This document shows, one piece after another, positions 16,359 through 19,067 of a DNA stretch of 19,067 nucleotides. The notes beneath the pieces were generated by a model. It had not been told where the DNA came from and did no database searches. It worked only from the letters and a program-made list of their open reading frames with translations. A program made the translations under genes and the position numbers. Source of the DNA: Candidatus Firestoneibacteriota bacterium (lineage in GTDB: Bacteria > Oederibacteriota > D2-FULL-39-29 > JBDRBU01); the NCBI GenBank assembly GCA_043822305.1, contig JBDRBU010000052.1, positions 1 through 19,067 of the forward strand, given 5' to 3'. Position 1 is the stretch's first letter. The number at the start of each line of letters is the position of its first letter.

Positions 16359-17137
16359 TGAATATAACTATTGACGGAAAAGAAATAGTTAGTGATAAAG
16401 GTAAAACTATCCTTGAATTAGCCAAGGAGTCTGGAATAAAAATTCCTACATTATGTTATCATCCAGCCTTAGAACCATATGGTGGATGTAGGCTTTGTCT
16501 GGTTGAGATTACAAAAGAAGTATGGAAAGGATGGTCTAAATTAGTAGTCTCATGTGCTTATCCAGCAGAGGATGGACTAATTGTTAAAACAAATTCTTCA
16601 GAGGTTATAGAGGCGCGTAAATTTATAATAGAACTTCTTTTAGCTCGTACACCTTCTGCTAAAACAATTCAAGATCTTGCCAAAGAATATGGAATTGAAA
16701 AAAGTAAGTTTGCAGAAATTGCAGAAATGAAAGAAGATAAAGATTCTTTGAAGAATTGCATTCTCTGTGGTTTATGTGTTCGTGTTATTGGTGCTAATGT
16801 GATAAGTCTTGCTTATAGAGGAGTTACTCGTAAGGTTATGACACCTTACAATGAAGCATCGGATGTTTGCTTAAATTGTGGAGCATGTGCTTTTGTGTGT
16901 CCGACAGGAGCAATTGAAATTAATGATATTATTCCTTATCGTAAAATAACTGCCTGGCATACAGAGAGTGAACTTAAACAATGTTCTTTATGTGAGAAGT
17001 ATTTTGTTCCTGTAATTTTGCATAATAAGTTGAAAGAAAAAGTTAACATAAATTTAGATTTAAATTTACTGGATTTATGTCCTGACTGTAGAAGAAAAAA
17101 GATAGGGACAACTACTATTCTTAACTTATGTAAATGA
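16355..17137 (+). CDS. Short NuoG/HydA-N-terminal-like FeS protein lacking a catalytic domain
   Basis: IPTLC...GGCRLC...SC [2Fe-2S]; CILCGLC and CLNCGACAFVCP; C-terminal CSLC...CPDC; no H-cluster or molybdopterin motifs. Confidence 0.88.
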   Translation: MMNITIDGKEIVSDKGKTILELAKESGIKIPTLCYHPALEPYGGCRLCLVEITKEVWKGWSKLVVSCAYPAEDGLIVKTNSSEVIEARKFIIELLLARTPSAKTIQDLAKEYGIEKSKFAEIAEMKEDKDSLKNCILCGLCVRVIGANVISLAYRGVTRKVMTPYNEASDVCLNCGACAFVCPTGAIEINDIIPYRKITAWHTESELKQCSLCEKYFVPVILHNKLKEKVNINLDLNLLDLCPDCRRKKIGTTTILNLCK

Positions 17138-17187
17138 GGATTGTGCTAATTTAAATCATAGGTAGAAAAGGAATTAGAAAAAATTTA

Positions 17188-17310
17188 ATGTCAAAACTTA
17201 ACAAAGGACTGTTAAAAAAGAATAGATTCAAACAATTGAAAATAATAAAGATATTTATAATTGCATTATTTATTGCAATGATCCAAAATGCATTTACAGA
17301 AATTAGTTAA
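17188..17310 (+). other. 40-codon ORF resembling an isolated signal peptide (possible gene relic or small membrane peptide)
   Basis: MSKLNKGLLKKNRFKQLKIIKIFIIALFIAMIQNAFTEIS*; basic N-region then hydrophobic core; below the ORF-track cutoff. Confidence 0.35.
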
Positions 17311-17344
17311 TGATAAAAATTTAATACTGTAAGGGAGGTTTTGT

Positions 17345-18676
17345 ATGGCTTTAACAGGATTAGAGATATTTAAATTACTTCCTAAAACTAATTGTGGCAA
17401 ATGCGGTTCACCTACCTGTTTAGCGTTTGCTATGAGATTAGCCGCAAAAAAGGCAAATATTGATGAATGCCCGGATATATCTTCTCAAAGTAAATCTGCA
17501 CTTGGTGCTGCGTCTGCTCCACCGATAAGACTTGTTACCATTGGAGCAGGTGAAGACAAGTTAGAAGTTGGGAATGAAACAGTTTTATTTAGGCATGAGC
17601 AAACTTTTTATCATCCAACTGGACTGTGTATTCTTTTGGAAGATACTGACTTAAGTTTAGAAAATAAAATTACAGAAATAAATAATTTAATCTTTGAAAG
17701 AGTTGGACAAATTTTAAAAGTTAATTTGATTGCCTTAAAAAATTCTTCAAATGATGTTTCTAAATTTACTGATGCAGTTAAAATTATAACAGAAAAGAGT
17801 AAATTACCATTAATATTAATCTCAGATAATCCAAATGCCATAGAAGAAGGATTAAAAATATCTGCAAGCGGGAAACCTCTGGTTCATTCAGCAAATTTAT
17901 CTAATTATGAAAAAATGGCTAATTTATCAAAACAGTATAATGTTCCATTAGTTGTTTCTGGTAAAAACTTAGATGAGTTATCTGATTTAACACAAAAAAT
18001 AACTTCTTTAGGTGTTTCTGATTTAATATTAGAAGTTGATAAAGGAGATTTTGTTTCTAATTTATCTGATTTAGTTCAAATTAGAAGATTAGCTTTAAAG
18101 AAAACTTATAGACCTTTAGGTTATCCTGTATTAGCAAAAGTTTTAAATACTTCTTCTTATGATGAATTGTTTCAGGTCTCAACCTATATTTGTAAATATG
18201 CAAGTATAGTTATTCTTTCTGGTATGGAATTATGGGAACATTTATCGCTTCTAACTTTAAGACAAAATATTTATACTGACCCTCAAAAACCAATTCAAGT
18301 AGAATCCAAAATATATGATATAGGAGCAGTTTCAGATAATTCACCGGTTTTAGTTACTACTAATTTTTCTTTAACATATTCTTTGGTATCAGGAGAAGTA
18401 GAAGCATCTCGTATTCCAAGTTATATAATTGTTATCAATACCGAGGGAATATCTGTTTTAACTGCCTGGGCAGCAGATAAGTTTAATGCAGAGGTTATTA
18501 CAAAATACTTAAAAGAATCCGGTATTGATGGCAAAATTAAACATAAAAAAGTAATTATACCTGGTGGTGTTGCTGTAATCAGTGGAAAGTTACAGGAACT
18601 TTCCGGCTGGGAAGTTTTAGTAGGAACAAGGGAAGCAACAGGAATACCAGCGTTTTTGAAAGGATTAAAAAATTAA
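17345..18676 (+). CDS. acsC: Corrinoid iron-sulfur protein large (gamma) subunit
   Basis: LPKTNCGKCGSPTCLAFA...CP [4Fe-4S]; RQNIYTDPQKP; TTNFSLTY; SVLTAWAADKF. Confidence 0.96.
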   Translation: MALTGLEIFKLLPKTNCGKCGSPTCLAFAMRLAAKKANIDECPDISSQSKSALGAASAPPIRLVTIGAGEDKLEVGNETVLFRHEQTFYHPTGLCILLEDTDLSLENKITEINNLIFERVGQILKVNLIALKNSSNDVSKFTDAVKIITEKSKLPLILISDNPNAIEEGLKISASGKPLVHSANLSNYEKMANLSKQYNVPLVVSGKNLDELSDLTQKITSLGVSDLILEVDKGDFVSNLSDLVQIRRLALKKTYRPLGYPVLAKVLNTSSYDELFQVSTYICKYASIVILSGMELWEHLSLLTLRQNIYTDPQKPIQVESKIYDIGAVSDNSPVLVTTNFSLTYSLVSGEVEASRIPSYIIVINTEGISVLTAWAADKFNAEVITKYLKESGIDGKIKHKKVIIPGGVAVISGKLQELSGWEVLVGTREATGIPAFLKGLKN

Positions 18677-18696
18677 CCTCTTAACATTATACCGCT

Positions 18697-18949
18697 ATGG
18701 CGAACCGATATGTAGCAGGAATTGGTTGGGGGAACTGCAACATTGATTGAAACTGATAATGGAGATGTTTACAACCCCCAGATAGCCGTAGATACAAATG
18801 GAAATGGGATTGCGGTTTGGTGTCAGTATGATGGGACGAGGGATAACATTTGGGCGTACCGATATGTAGTAGGAACTGGTTGGGGAACTGCAGCATTGAT
18901 TGAAGCTGATAATGGAGATGTTTACAAGGTTCTTCAGGTTCTATTGTAG
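18697..18949 (+). pseudogene. Frameshifted relic of a 51-aa-repeat (beta-propeller-like) surface protein gene
   Basis: 153-bp period: 18704-18774 matches 18858-18927 (RYV.G.GWGTA.LIE.DNGDVY). Copy 1 has an extra G in the G-run at 18728-18732. No RBS or start. Confidence 0.7.
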
Positions 18950-18980
18950 AGATGTAATAGGATAGGATGGATCTTTGAAA

Positions 18981-19035
18981 TAGAAAGTATCTGTTAAATC
19001 CTGTATAATATAAATAAAAACATATTATACGGAGG
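18981..19035 (+). promoter_or_regulatory. Putative promoter with overlapping inverted repeat and SD for a gene leaving the window
   Basis: TAGAAA (18981-86), 17 bp, TATAAT (19004-09); IR GTATAATA (19003-10)/TATTATAC (19023-30); GGAGG 19031-35. Confidence 0.55.
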
Positions 19036-19045
19036 AAAATGACAG

Positions 19046-19067
19046 ATGCTTAACAAGGATTATGTAA
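19046..19067 (+). CDS. Start of a CDS running off the window (MLNKDYV...)
   Basis: ATG 10 nt after GGAGG, open to the window end. The nearer ATG at 19039 stops after 4 codons. Confidence 0.4.

Noticed and set aside
14066..17137. [FeFe]-hydrogenase HydABC or respiratory complex I NuoEFG
   Set aside because: The third subunit is only 260 aa with no H-cluster motifs or NuoG C-terminal domain, and no membrane nuo genes are present.
17198..17279. Short inverted repeats (TTAACA/TGTTAA, ATTGCA/TGCAAT) as Rex or other operators upstream of acsC
   Set aside because: Only 6-bp arms in very AT-rich DNA and not matching the Rex consensus arrangement; expected by chance.
197..18896. Short minus-strand ORFs in the track (e.g. 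197..418, 434..898, 2897..3136, 5803..6039, 9628..9966, 13013..13444, 17611..17841, 18687..18896)
   Set aside because: Antisense shadows of well-supported + strand genes or relics, with no recognisable motifs.
18704..18927. CRISPR array
   Set aside because: Period is 153 bp (51 codons), the matching segments are about 70 bp and the whole unit reads as protein; no cas genes.

Overview
AT-rich bacterial DNA with two parts. (1) Positions 1-2700 hold a decayed sugar-catabolism locus. A probable IS1182-type element end truncates a Zn-dependent polyol dehydrogenase gene. A ribulokinase (araB-like) gene breaks off after about 216 codons and joins tail-to-tail to an internal fragment of an acetyl-xylan-esterase-like hydrolase gene. 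(2) From 2751 to the end, all genes lie on the + strand. A MarR regulator with a consensus sigma70 promoter and an operator-like palindrome precedes a Wood-Ljungdahl cluster: folD, two CooC/AcsF Ni-insertases, CODH (cooS/acsA), acsB, cooF, a HydC/HydB/short-HydA-like (NuoEFG-like) module with electron-bifurcation signatures but no catalytic H-cluster, and acsC. Accessory DNA repeatedly interrupts the cluster: a small-ORF/nucleotidyltransferase pair, a DUF6516 toxin-antitoxin-like pair, a CsgG-family plus Yip1 cassette between acsA and acsB, REP-like palindromes and gene relics. The best candidate for an undescribed system is a CODH/ACS wired through CooF to a flavin-based bifurcating NAD(H)/ferredoxin module. 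Family calls come from motif recognition by eye; no database search was run.
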